NCBI GenBank assembly: GCA_050273025.1
Contig: CP158635.1
Coordinates: forward strand, 5,766,001 to 5,830,000
DNA: 64,000 bases
Direction of reading: 5' to 3'
Origin: Cenococcum geophilum
Lineage: Eukaryota
The translations under genes were made by a program, and so were the position numbers. Positions 12,195 to 24,448 of this stretch are shown here, one piece after another. The stretch's first letter is position 1; the number at the start of each line of letters is the position of its first letter. The notes below the pieces were generated by a model. It saw nothing but the letters and a program-made list of their open reading frames with translations, made no database searches and was not told where the DNA came from.

Positions 12195-14931
12195 TTACAT
12201 TGCGCCTTTTTACCACCGACTCTTAGCGTATAACTAATTCTATATCTTTGTAATACTATAGGCGCTACTAAAAGCAGCGTGTCTATAAATTACCTTACTT
12301 TATACCTTTAAGGAACCTATAATAGTAAGACAATATTCCTTACTAGCTACTATATTAAACCTAAAGAACAATCTAATACCTATACTTAACCTATAACGCC
12401 AATTAATTTTAAGAAAACTCGATTTATTAGCCTTAGCCTTAACCCTTAAGGAGACAGACACTAATAATGTCTTATCTTTTATTAACTATATAACTACGGA
12501 TAAACAAATAGAAGGGCTACTATCTATTAAAATTAAAATACGAGACGCCGAGATATTTGTAAAAATGGTAGCATAAGACCCTAATAAATACTACCGTCTT
12601 CTATAGAACTACCACTTAAAGCTTATACAAGCCGAGATATATACTGCCTAAGATTATAATATTATTTAAGACCTATAAGCTTATAAGGCGCTCGCCAATA
12701 AAACATATTAAGAAACTAAAGATAACCTCCGCGTATCTAAACGCGACGTCTAATAGTTAAAGAAGGCTAAGATTATTCTAATTGCTACGGTTACTAAAAG
12801 AGAAGGTATAATTAAATACTTATAATCTTAGCTTAATAAGCATATTTATAATAACGCTAGATATCTCTTTACTATATATAACGCTACCTAAGTCTTTATA
12901 CCCCTAGTAACTTTACTTACTTAACGCTTAATAGAGGGCTAGTACTAAGTAGCTTTACCTAATAGGAACCCCTACTAAAGCAGTAATAATAAAAGCTATA
13001 ATAATCGGACCTAAACTACTACCGTAGGGTCTAATATATGCTACTCTAATCCCCTAGTCTTCTAGGGAAACTATAAGGAATATAGCTATTAAAAGATATA
13101 AATCCGTAAGAAATTAACTTAGAGCGCCTGCCTTTTTCCTATAGAAGATATTAAGATCGGCTATATTATTGGGCGAATAAAGGGTATACTATTTAATAGA
13201 CTCTTCGCCTAATAGAAGACTAATAGCCCCTAGAAGTAGTAGTCCTACTAAGAAATCCTTAATAATCTTAACCTAATGTACCGTAACTATAACCTATTAG
13301 CTACCAACTAAGCTAAACTATATACCCTAAAGATGAGCCGTACTAAATTATTTAATAAATTTTATATTAAATTCTAGGAATACACCGGAGCCCTTACTTA
13401 AGATAATACTAAAGACTAAAAGAACCTCCTTAAAAAAGTTACTTATTGCCTTAGTTACGCAGCTGCTAGCTATAACTATAATAATATTTATAATATAGTA
13501 GCAGCTTTACAGAAGATCGAACAACGACTAAATTAGATTGCTACTGCTAATATTTACTTAAAGACTTCTCTATAGAAGCCCTTTGGGCCTACTAAACCCA
13601 TATATACTAAGCCACTAATACTTACTACCTTAAGTACTACTAGAACTAATATCTATTTCTCTATATTAACCTTCCTATAAAAACTCCTAAATAGAAAGCG
13701 CGAGCTACTCCGGAAACTAGGACGCTGCTATAGATGCCGTTAAAAAGGCTATTATTATAATAACCTAAACTGCTTAATAGCTAGGTTTAGTAGCCGCCGT
13801 CTAATACTTAACCTAATACCCTAAATACTAAATATATCGCTATATGCCACTACCATATAAGATAAAAATGTAGTAATAGCGGTAGAGTTAAATATAGAAG
13901 TGGAAAACGCTAAGTTCTAGCCCTAAGTTATAGGTTAGGACGCCCTAATAATAGAGGGATTTATATATCGGCTTACTTAATAAATAACTCTATAAAGATA
14001 AATAGATAAAAATAAATGGTTTTACCTATAATAGGAACTACTGCTAAAAAATAATATAAAAGCCGTTTTATAATTAATTATAGAGCTACTAATAAATTTA
14101 TAGATACCTAATATATATATACTTATAACCTACTTACGTTACCCTTTACTAAAGCCTGCGCCCTATAACTCGCTAATAGTAGTTATACCGCATAGGAGAT
14201 TACCTATATGGTATAACTTTACCTAGATATAAATAGGCACCAGGAAGAACTCTAGGCCTATATTATACTACTTACTAACTACCCTATTATCCTTAGAATA
14301 AACTAGCTTAAATAATATAACCCTACTATTAACTAGAAGAAGAGAGAAGTAACTTTTAACTTTAAATACTATAGAAAGACTTGCCTAGGGTATAGCCTAG
14401 CCGCCTCTATTTACTCCCTAGGATATTAACCTAAGGAACCCCTTATTACTTTACCTATAACTAACTACCACTATATAAGTACCCTAGCCTTCTACTATAT
14501 AGCACGTAAAAAAGGCTAAACTGTTATTATAGCTTCCTAATTATAACTATATAAGCTTAATAAAGAATAGGACTACGTCCTTTATAGTAATAGAATAGAC
14601 ATAGTTAACCTTCTAGAAGATAATACCCCTATAGAACTTTACGGACTTTTACCTTTAGACTTTAAGAAGTTTATAAAGCTTAAAAAAGGACTTACTAATA
14701 AAGAACTCCGTAAGCTCCTCCCTAAGAGGTACCATAACTTTACCGATATATACTTATAAAGAGTATAGATATACTCCCCCTATATCGACCTAATAACTAT
14801 ACTATTAATATTAAATAAGGAAAAATGCTACCTTATAAGAGACCCTACTTAATATTAAAAGATAAACTTCTAGTTATAAAAGAGTATATTAATAAGCACA
14901 TTAATAAAGGATTTATTTATCCTAGTATATT
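12195..14931 (+). pseudogene. Family E 5' internal region: gag, protease and start of RT, interrupted by a family-B LTR
   Basis: Collinear with 24291-27028. Gag CCHC-like motif (CYRCR..GH) at ~13785. GGAAAAC plus hairpin at ~13902-13941. Confidence 0.85.
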
Positions 14932-15463
14932 TATAACGGAACCTTATAGCAGGTACTACGGTGGGCTCGTTATTAGGCTAGGTATGTAGGTAATACAAAT
15001 TAAAGTTAACAACGTAATAATAACTGGTGGAGTGGTTACCTAATAGATTAACTTTAATTGTATTCTAAGAATTACTATAAAGAAGAGAACTATCTGGGTA
15101 GGGACTGTGGTCCTTTAAATACACAACCGTACTCCTAAGAAATCCCCTTTATACGTAAGGTACGTGTTATACGTGTTATATATACGTTCTCTTTATACAC
15201 TATATATACTGCGTACAACGTTATATAACCTTAGTTACTATTCCTTATTATATAGCTCTACCGGCTCTATTTTAGACTGTGCTTATATTAACTAACTAGC
15301 TTCTTTTAACTCCTCTCTAAGTAGTTATAGCATTATACTTAAAGCGTCCGTAACACTATCTTCCTTCTCTTTATCTTCGTCCTTAAAGATTCTAAATATC
15401 TCTAAGTTATTTACTAAAGGTATAATATCCGTCTAATTAATTTAGTTAATATTATTGCTTATT

Positions 15464-16090
15464 ATGCCTAAGGCTCCTTCTTTCTCGCAGGCGCAACGCC
15501 GTGCTCGCACTATTGCTGCAATATTATCTCTTAGTAAGATTATACTGTCTTCGTATTCTCGCTGTTTAAAAGAGGGATTAGTTTATATTGCGTTAGTAAA
15601 CCTATTTTCGCGATAACCGTCCTTTTATTTAAAGTGTACTAAAGCGAATATTTGTTTGTCCTATAACATTCGCTTCGTCTCTAATGCTAAGCATATATAA
15701 CCTATTACTCTTAATAGTCGTCTAGTTCCCTAATTAATTTATCTTAGGGTTTTATATTTAATCTGCTAATGCGTAGCTAGATAGTAAACTGTCTTAAGCC
15801 CTTATTAAGTTAGAACGTTCTTATAATATAGAGTAAAAGGCTCTTAAGGCCCGTATTACGGCGTCCGCTCGGTTACTTTGTCTTAAGAAGGTTTATAAGA
15901 AGGTTTATTTTAAGGAGTAGAAGCTTATAAAATAGGGTCTGTAGGAACTTAGTAATAAGAAAACAAACTTTTTTTTAGTTAAGAAGAAAACAGATCTAAG
16001 TAATTTAGCAACTGCTTTTCCTAGGTCCCCCTTAAGTAACTTATTTTTTAGCAATTTTTCTTTATTAATGCTGCCTAACCTAATCTCTTT
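15464..16090 (+). pseudogene. Antisense accessory gene of family B (subfamily a): Zn2Cys6-like plus coiled coil, intron ~15693-15747
   Basis: ATG at 15464, MPKAPSFSQAQRRARTIAAILSL... TGT codons survive for Cys2 and Cys5. Acceptor region CTAAT...CTTAG. End coordinate is approximate. Confidence 0.7.
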
Positions 16091-17145
16091 TAATACTCTT
16101 ATACCTTTTCTATAGCGTTCTTTAGATTTCCTAGTAGCTCCTAGGTAGTTTTATTGTAGCCTATCTACTTAACCTTATACTATATTTTATTGTCGATTTC
16201 CTTATAGTTAATAATCTTTAAAACTTGCTATTTGTCTTCTTCCTATCCTTTATACGTATCTGCTTTATAAACTAGTGGCTTAATATTCCTATATGCTAGC
16301 TTTAGTATTATAATATACTATATAGGGTAAATCTTTATCTTAGCTGGTAGGTTTAACTTAAATATAATCGGTAAAATCCTCTATTTAATTTTAAAAGGTC
16401 CTAGTCTAACATAGTCTAACTTCTTGCTTAGTTATTAACTTTTAAAATTTTTATATAGTAGCTATACTTTATCTCCCTCCTTAAGATCTAGTTCCTTAGA
16501 TCTTTTAGTATTATAGTACTTCTTTATTCTTTTTTATACCTTTTTTGCTAATTCTATAAGGTCTATATAAAGATTTATTAGTATCTTTATCCTTTCTTTA
16601 GCTGTGCTACTTGTTTTCTTTGCTTACTATAGTAATAATAATATTCTTAGTTTATATCTATAGTTTGCCTTAAATAGTAATATGCCTATTTCTTCTTGTG
16701 GTATTACATTATATATAAACTATATAATTAGTAACAGTAATACCTAATTATTCTACGTATAATTAATATAATGTTTTTATTAGTATAACTTTTACAACGT
16801 GCAGAATATATATATCACAATAATATGTACTATACGGTATTATAAATAGATTATTCTCTAAGATCTACGCGTCGCGAGAGGTAAGGCTTGTCACGTGTTC
16901 TCCTATAACCTCTGTCAACCAATTACGATTTTTCATACCCGGTATAGAAAATCACCATTAGCTTACTTACCACTAGCGCCTTAGCCGCCCTTACAATATG
17001 TCTAACACTTCTAGCTACACTAGGAATACTTTAGAAAACGTAAAAATCTAGTATCCTATAACTGTGCAATTTAAAAATCCATATACGCATTTCTCCTTCC
17101 TTCCTTCCTTACTATTACAGCATAGGTTATAATAGTACTAAGTAG

Positions 17146-17269
17146 TGTTATAGGTACAGGTAGATTGCCATAGGTTGCCGTAGATTACCATAGATTACAG
17201 TTACGTAATACAGAGATTATATATACCCTCTTTACCGTATTTACGCGTTAATTAACTAGGTCGCTAACA
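17146..17269 (+). repeat. Short solo-LTR-like insert related to the family C LTR, at the end of the Copia ORF
   Basis: TGTTA...GTCGCTAACA termini. The 3' ~45 bp match 48203-48245 (CCCTCTT..CCGTA..TTAATTAACTA(G/A)GTCGCTAACA). TSD is imperfect. Confidence 0.55.
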
Positions 17270-18893
17270 TAGTGCGTTTTACCCATTCCACTATCTTTAA
17301 CTTAATTTAGTTTGTGTTAATAAGTCGCTTAAGGGCTAATAATGGTTTGCTTTTAGTTATAGCGTCTATAGGGTTACTATCTCCGTTAATCTATTTAACT
17401 TCCGCTATTTCGCGTCTTTTATATAACTAGCGTAGGCATATGACATTAATTATAAGTCTCTTTTCTTATATAGTTCCTAGTTTAACAAGGCATTTATAAA
17501 TTAACTTAAAATTAGTATAAAGAATAAGCGGGAGGCTAATATTAAGTTATAATTTAACTATGGCTCTAATTGCAGCGCCAATATTAAAACTATAGGCTAT
17601 AGTATATAATTCGGAGGCTAGTACGCTTCTAGTAATTCTCTTACACTTAACTAAGGACCAGTAAACAATATTCGCCTTATTTAATAAGTCTGCTAGTACT
17701 AGGATATACCTAATCTATAATAAGAGGTCTTTATTATTTGCGAATAAGGAATTAGTAAATATAAGTAGCTAAAGTGTCTTTATATTAAGCTTAACAAAGC
17801 TTAAGCCTCTTATTAAGTAGTTTTGCGTCTTTTTTGTTAGGGTTAATTACCTAGGCAGCGTAGGATAAATTAAAAAAAGCTTTAGGCTGGCATACAGACG
17901 CAATATAAGCTCCTCTTGCTCATTAGGCGATATATTAGTCCTTAGGTATAAGTACTATGCGAATAGTACCTCTAAAACTGGTTATTATAGTAGCTTCCTT
18001 AATATTAATAAGGGTTAAGTTCTAGCATTGGCGCTTCTATATAAGCATAATTATATAATCCTATTATTAAACAATGCCTCTGTTAAACTTAATTAGGTAT
18101 TTCGGTGTAAGTTACTCACGTTCTTTAATTAGAAACTTAGCTTTTTTAATCTTCTCCTATTCCAAAGCTACAAAAACTAAGTTAGCTAGTAGAAGGGTAT
18201 TATTAGTCTATAAACTAACTATTCCGAAACTTATAGGGTTATTAAGGTAAAGTAGGCAGGGGTTATAAGTAAATTAGCTCATATTTAGTTCTTTAATGTA
18301 GTAGTTATAATAAGTCTTAAACCAATAATTACCTACCTTAGGAATACCGTATAAAGGTCTAACGACCTTTAGAATTATGCCTTATAAGACTCTAAGTACT
18401 ATACTAAGTTTAAGAGGGGCTTTAATATAAAAGTCTCGGTTTAGTTTCGTAGTTAATTATACATAGGCCTATAAAATATCTCGTAAGTAGAGATATATAC
18501 CATCGTTCTAAGTTATAGCTATAATATAAAGAATAAGGCGTTAGCTAACTCGTTAAATTATAGGTAATTAGGTTAGTATAAGGTCTTTCTCTAGGTCGTT
18601 ATAGGCCTGTATAACTAGTTTTAACTTCTTAAAGACTTTATTAATGCTAGGGTTTTTAATCTCGTTAATAAATCTAAAGTTAAATACTCTATTGCCTTAT
18701 AGTATATCCTTAGGGTTAATTAGTTCAAAAACTCCTTTTTTAAGTAATCCCTTAATCTCCTTTTAGCGTAATACTATAAACTAATTAAGATTTATAAGTT
18801 AATTATTATCCTTATCCTATAGATAAATTGAGATATTCGCGGTATTTGCTTTAATAGGGTACTTATATAGTCTACCTCTTCCGCGTTTAATAG

Positions 18894-19026
18894 GTTAAGG
18901 TCTAGGCTTAGTTTAAGGTTAAGGTCTAGGCTTAGTTTAAGGTTAAGGTTTAGGCTTAGTTTAAGGTTAAGATTTAGGCTTAGTTTAAGGTAAAGGTTTA
19001 GGCTTAGTTTAAGGTAAAGGTAGTTT
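18894..19026. repeat. 18-bp tandem repeat (~7 copies) in the Copia integrase-RT linker
   Basis: Unit (T/C)TAGGCTTAGTTTAAGGT-like, 18-bp period. The period is a multiple of 3, consistent with a low-complexity coding linker. Confidence 0.85.
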
Positions 19027-22000
19027 AATATCGTCATCTTCTAGTTATATATCTTCTATAATTTCGGGGTCTACTATATATAGTTTCACAACTATACTAT
19101 AGAAGTTAGTAGGTCTATAGGGAAGTTATATAGTATATGTCTTATTTTTAATACTAAGTAGGTTATATAGACTAGACCAGTAGCCGGGTTAGCCTATAGG
19201 TCCTTCTCTCTATACCAATATAGGTAAGTTAAGTAGTAGGTTATAAATCGCGGTTGTTTTAGGTCCGTTATATATATTAAAGGCATCTACTACTTAACGC
19301 TTAGCTCTAAGCTTCTTAACTTCTTCTATAGCCTTTTTAAGAGCTACTACTCGTTTTATAACCGTAGGATTAAGTACGTCGGATTCCATTATATATAGGT
19401 AAGCTCTAAATACTAATAAGGTAGGTATAAGACTATTAGGGCCTGCGGAGTCGTTAATTGCTTTAAAAGCCATTTATAAAGCTATATCTTTATTAATATC
19501 TAGTAGTTTTATAATAATAATATAGTATATATATAACGGAGGGGGCTATAGTAACATTCTACCATTCTAACTAAATTATAGGCTTTAATAGGTACGCCTT
19601 TTATAACTATTCCGAGTATTATAGCGTATTATTTAAATTCTTTACTTATAAAGTTCTTACCTGCATTATATATAATAATATTAGGGGGTCCTAGGTATAT
19701 GTTAATCTAGCATATTTATAGTACATCCCATATATACTTGGCGCTAATATTTTATAGCTATCTACCGGCTTAAAATTATATTCCTTCATCAATAATATAT
19801 AGTAGAGGTATGCCATTAATATACATAATATTAACTATAATTAAGTAGTTAAAATTAATATTATTATATAAAGTAAATCTAAATCTACCAGGCGACTTTC
19901 TATATTTTTAATAATAGTAGTAATAATGTGTAAGATGGTCTAAAGTCTTACTATTAATATCGTGCCCTAAGTGTTTAAGTATTCGTATAAGACGCTTAAC
20001 TAAAGGGTAGCTAAAGCAACGATATAGTTATCTTAATTTAATATTAGTTAAATAGTAAGGGTTTTAATTAAATAATATAGTTAAGTAGTTATATAGGGAT
20101 ATATTTTAAAGGAGGAATAAATAGCTAAAGTAATATATAACTAGTACTTTGCTCTAAAAGGTAATCAGTATATTTTTTAGGTTATTAAAGTATACTTATA
20201 GTTAATCTATATCTATTAGGCAGAGTAAAAATAGAGTATCAACTTTAATAATATAAAACTCAATTATGCTAATTAGGGTAGTTACTTTAGTTAATCTAAT
20301 TAATAAGGTTAATCCGATGCCGAATTATATATTAACTATACCTTATATAGTGGTATTAAGTTATATACCGGTATCAAGTCTTTAAAATACTAGGAATTGG
20401 CCATATCCTACTATAAATTATTTAGATACTTCTATATTAATTATTATACCTATAAAGTAGTCTGCAGTATAGCGGGATATAGATATAGTTATATTGTAGG
20501 TAAAGGGGTCCTAGTTAGTTATAAGAGGTATTATATTATCTATAGTTATAACTAAATAGCTAAAGGCTTTATTAGCTAGGGTAGCAGCTATAGAAATTAC
20601 TTTATACTGTTCTACTTAGCTAAAAGAGGTATAAAAGTAGTTAATGTCTAGTTAAGAGTTCTTATCGGTTGCCTTATAATTTATATTAATAGTTAGTGCT
20701 TAGAAAGCTTCCTTAAGCTCTTCTTTTAAGTTAATATTGTTATCCTTATAGTCTATAATATATTAATTAAGTCGTTTATTAAATCGGTTATTAAATTTAC
20801 TAAACTTATCTCTATTAGCGGTTCTAAACTTAGCTTTAAACTCTTCTTATTCTTCTTAGATATAGTTCTATAATTAGTAGCCTTCCTTATTATATATAAA
20901 GCAACGTAGTTTATAATATAGAGAGAAATAAGGGCGGGTATGGTCGCGGTTATAGTTTCGGTCATAAGTTTAGTTTTAATATTAGTTATAGTTTTAATAC
21001 TAATTATAGTTATTCTCCCTTCTAAAATACTAACAATCTATATAGTAAGCTTAAGTTTAAGCTTACTCTAGGTTCTATTTTTCATAAGCCGTAATTAAGG
21101 ACTATAGTTTATTAATAAGGGGGCCTAGTTCTTAAGATAGGTCTAATACAGCGAATTAGTATACGTGAATTCCCTAGTAAGATATAATAAGTTTATTAGT
21201 TAGAAATGGTGTTATTTATAGTTCTAGGGTAAGGCCATACTATAGTTAGGAGAGTATATCAATTAATATTTAGAGGCAATCGCTAGTTAATTTATCTGTG
21301 TTTTTATCTATTATCGTTCTTAATAAAATTATATTTCATTTACTAAGGTTCTTACGTTCTAAGCTAGGGCCTTTAAAGAAATTACAAAGGTGCCTATAAG
21401 CGTCTTTAAATAAGAGATTACTAAGTCCGCTATTAAAGTACTAGTTTAAGGCTAGACCTATTAATATAATTAGTAAAGCTTTATTATAAGCCTCTTATAG
21501 AATATTAAATCGGCTATAAATGCTATAGAAGATAGTAAGTTTATAATTAAAGCTGCCATTTATGCCATTATATTTAAGTTCCTCTATATATATCTTTGCT
21601 GCGTTAGAAATCTCTTTACCCTATTCTAGTATAGTTAGCATCTATAGGAGGGAAGCGGTTTAGGGTCGTGGGGTTACATACGGTAAAGGTCCTACTAGTG
21701 TTCCTCTAAATAGTGGTAGGGTTATAGTCTAAATACTTAATAGTTATTATAGTTAAAATAGGGTTATACAAACTGTTAGGTCTTATAATACTTTATAGTT
21801 AAGACCGCGCTTAAGTATATTATTTATTTTATTTAACTAAAACCCATTTCTATTTAGCTTATTATACACCTTATCTAAGTTCTCTTAAGTCTAGGAATAT
21901 TAACGTTCTTCCTAGGTTAATTTAAATAAGAGTTGCGTATATATTATGCGTTTCTCCTTTATACGTATATATACTCCTTTATATTATAGGAAGGTATATA

Positions 22001-24448
22001 TACTTTAAAGGTACTATATATTTACTTTTAAAAATATATTAATACTAAATATTTTAAAATTGTCTTAAAAGGAGGACTAAAGTCCATTATCTATTAACTT
22101 ATACTTATTATATTCCTATAACTTAAACAGTATAAAGTTTATAAGGTCTTTACTAGTTACCGTTTATATATTAATCCTATTTCTCTATTATTCTATTTCT
22201 ACCTTCTAATCTATAGGTATAGCTATCTTGAAAGAAATAAGGAAGATGCGTAAAATAGTTTAGGGGGTAGTTTAAGTGGTTGTTTAAGGGACAGTTTAAG
22301 TAGTAGTTAGGGTAGTTACGTTCTTAGTATAGTCGCGTTCTTAACGTAGTTACGTTAACTACTAATATAGTGGTCTGTCTCTAGTTAAGGTAAAGCGTTA
22401 AACGTCTTCTAAATCTAGGGTAGATTTAAGGTATTTCTAGGTAAGGTAGAGCGTTAGACGTCTTCCAAATCCAGAGTACTTTAATTCTCTTTAACTAAAA
22501 TAAGGCCTTTATAAGGTAGAGCGTAAACGTTTTCTAAGTAAGTATATATCTCCTAATCTATACGCGCTTACTAATTAGTATTGGTATAACTTTTACAACG
22601 TGCAGAATATATATATTACAATGATATGTACTATACGGTGTTGTAGATAGATTATTCTCAAAGATCTACGCGTCGCAAGAGGTAAGGCTTGTCGCGTATT
22701 CTCCTATAACCTCTGTTAACCAATTACGATTTTCTATACCCAGCATAGAAAATCGCCATTAGCTCGCTTACCACTAGCGCCTTAGCCGCCCTTATGATGT
22801 ATTTAACACTTCTAGCTACAGTTTTAAATACTATTTTAGCGTCTAATTTAGTCTTTCTATTTAACCGTCCGTCTGCGGATAATATATAGTGGAAGTTGCT
22901 ACTCTAACTCCTTATTCCGCTAAGAATACCTCCTAAAATGCTGCTATAAATCTTAGATCCCTATCCGATATGATTTTGCCTAGTACTTTATGTTTTGTAA
23001 ATACTTCTTTAATATAGATTCTAGCGACATCTTCTGCTAATATTTCTTCTATGCATACTATAAAGTATCCCTACTTTATAAGCTTATCTACTATTACTAA
23101 GATTATATTATAATCTTATCCGGTCATAGGGTCTCTTAACTTTAATAATTTAATAATAAAGTCCTATAATATGACCTCCTATAGTCTCTCTAGTATTTTA
23201 ATAGGTTGTAGCCCTCTATATAGCTTATGCCTTATTAGTTTATTTCTCTAGCAATCTAGATATTCTTTTATAACTTTTTATACTAAGCCCTAGATTCCAT
23301 TAACGATATACTCCTCCTAGAGTTTTAACACTAAGCCCCTAGCTCTATTGTGTCCTTAAGTTATTCCGTTATAGAAATCTTCTATAAATTGTTCTGCTAT
23401 ACTTCTCGGAATATACTTTACCTCTCTATATTTATATAATATTTCTTCTTTTAGATGTTCTAGCTGTTCCTCTAGTTATACTTTAAAGATTTTTTATATC
23501 TAAAAGCTTTCTAGTAACTTATAAACTTTATCTAGTTTATTATCCTCTTAAGTTGCTATAATTTTCGGATAATTATATCTAATTAATCTGTCTATATCTT
23601 TTTGCAATAAAGCCCCTAATGGCTTTTTATTATTTTATAATTTAGCCTTTTTACTTAAAGCGTCTGCTTGTGTATTGTCTGTACCTTTAATATACTAAAT
23701 CTTGAAATAGTATTCTATAAGCATCTTTGTCTATCTAACCTATCTTTAGTTAAGTTTCTTTATTATTAGGAATCCTATTAGGTTTTTATAATCTATCTTA
23801 ACTACAAATAGTTTTTCTATGCTTTGTAAGAATGCTCTTCATTTCTTTAATACTATAACTATACCTAACAACTCTTTATTATAGATGTCGTAGTTTAACT
23901 CTAGTAGTGTTATCTTCTAACTATAGTATGCTACTAGGTACTATCTATCTTAATATTTCTATATAAAGTACGCCCCTAGTATAAAGTCTAATATATTTGT
24001 TTTTATAACTGTCTCTAGTCCTAGTTAATAGATTTTAAAAACTAGCTCCTAGGTAAACAACATTTTAACTTCTTTAAATAATTTTTACTATTCCTCTTGT
24101 TACGGAACCCCACCGCAGGGGCCTCTATAGGAGAGCCCCGTGCTCTCGCGTACACCTCGCGTACAGCTTATGTCAGCTACGCGTAGGTATATCACCTCCT
24201 TACGCCCTCGACCCTTATAATCGATCGCGTAATGTCTTGTAGACTCCTTAAATACATACGCTTTGTAGCCACTGCCCCCGTCCTATAACATTACGTTACG
24301 CCTTTTTTACCACCGACGCTTAGACTACGACTAATTCTACGTCTCTATAATACTGTAGGCGCTGCTAGAAGCAGCGTGTCTACGAATTACCTTATTTTAT
24401 ACTTTTAAGGAACCCACGATAGTAAGACAATATCCCTTACTAGCTATT

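Larger units (their letters stand above)
16778..22820 (-). mobile_element. Full-length Ty1/Copia LTR retrotransposon (~6.0 kb), RIP-inactivated
   Basis: 242-bp LTRs at 16778-17019 and 22579-22820, TSD GTTTT (16773-16777, 22821-22825). Minus-strand Copia RT motifs PLYGIPEAGNHWF (~18320-18360) and GLQTDDTL (~18195-18215). Integrase lies 5' of RT, the Copia domain order. Confidence 0.92.
14932..24097 (-). mobile_element. Gypsy family B copy (subfamily a), 3' part only: 3' LTR 14932-15355, integrase and RNase H; hosts the Copia element
   Basis: 424-bp LTR TATAACGGAACC...GCGTCCGTAACA. Internal segments 15356-16777 and 22821-24097 are collinear with 55155-57815. Confidence 0.88.

Noticed and set aside
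18792..19037. Leu/Asn repeat ORF resembling a leucine-rich protein, and TTAGG(C)-like telomeric appearance
   Set aside because: It is the product of an 18-bp RIP-mutated tandem repeat in the Copia linker, not a TTAGGG array or an LRR.
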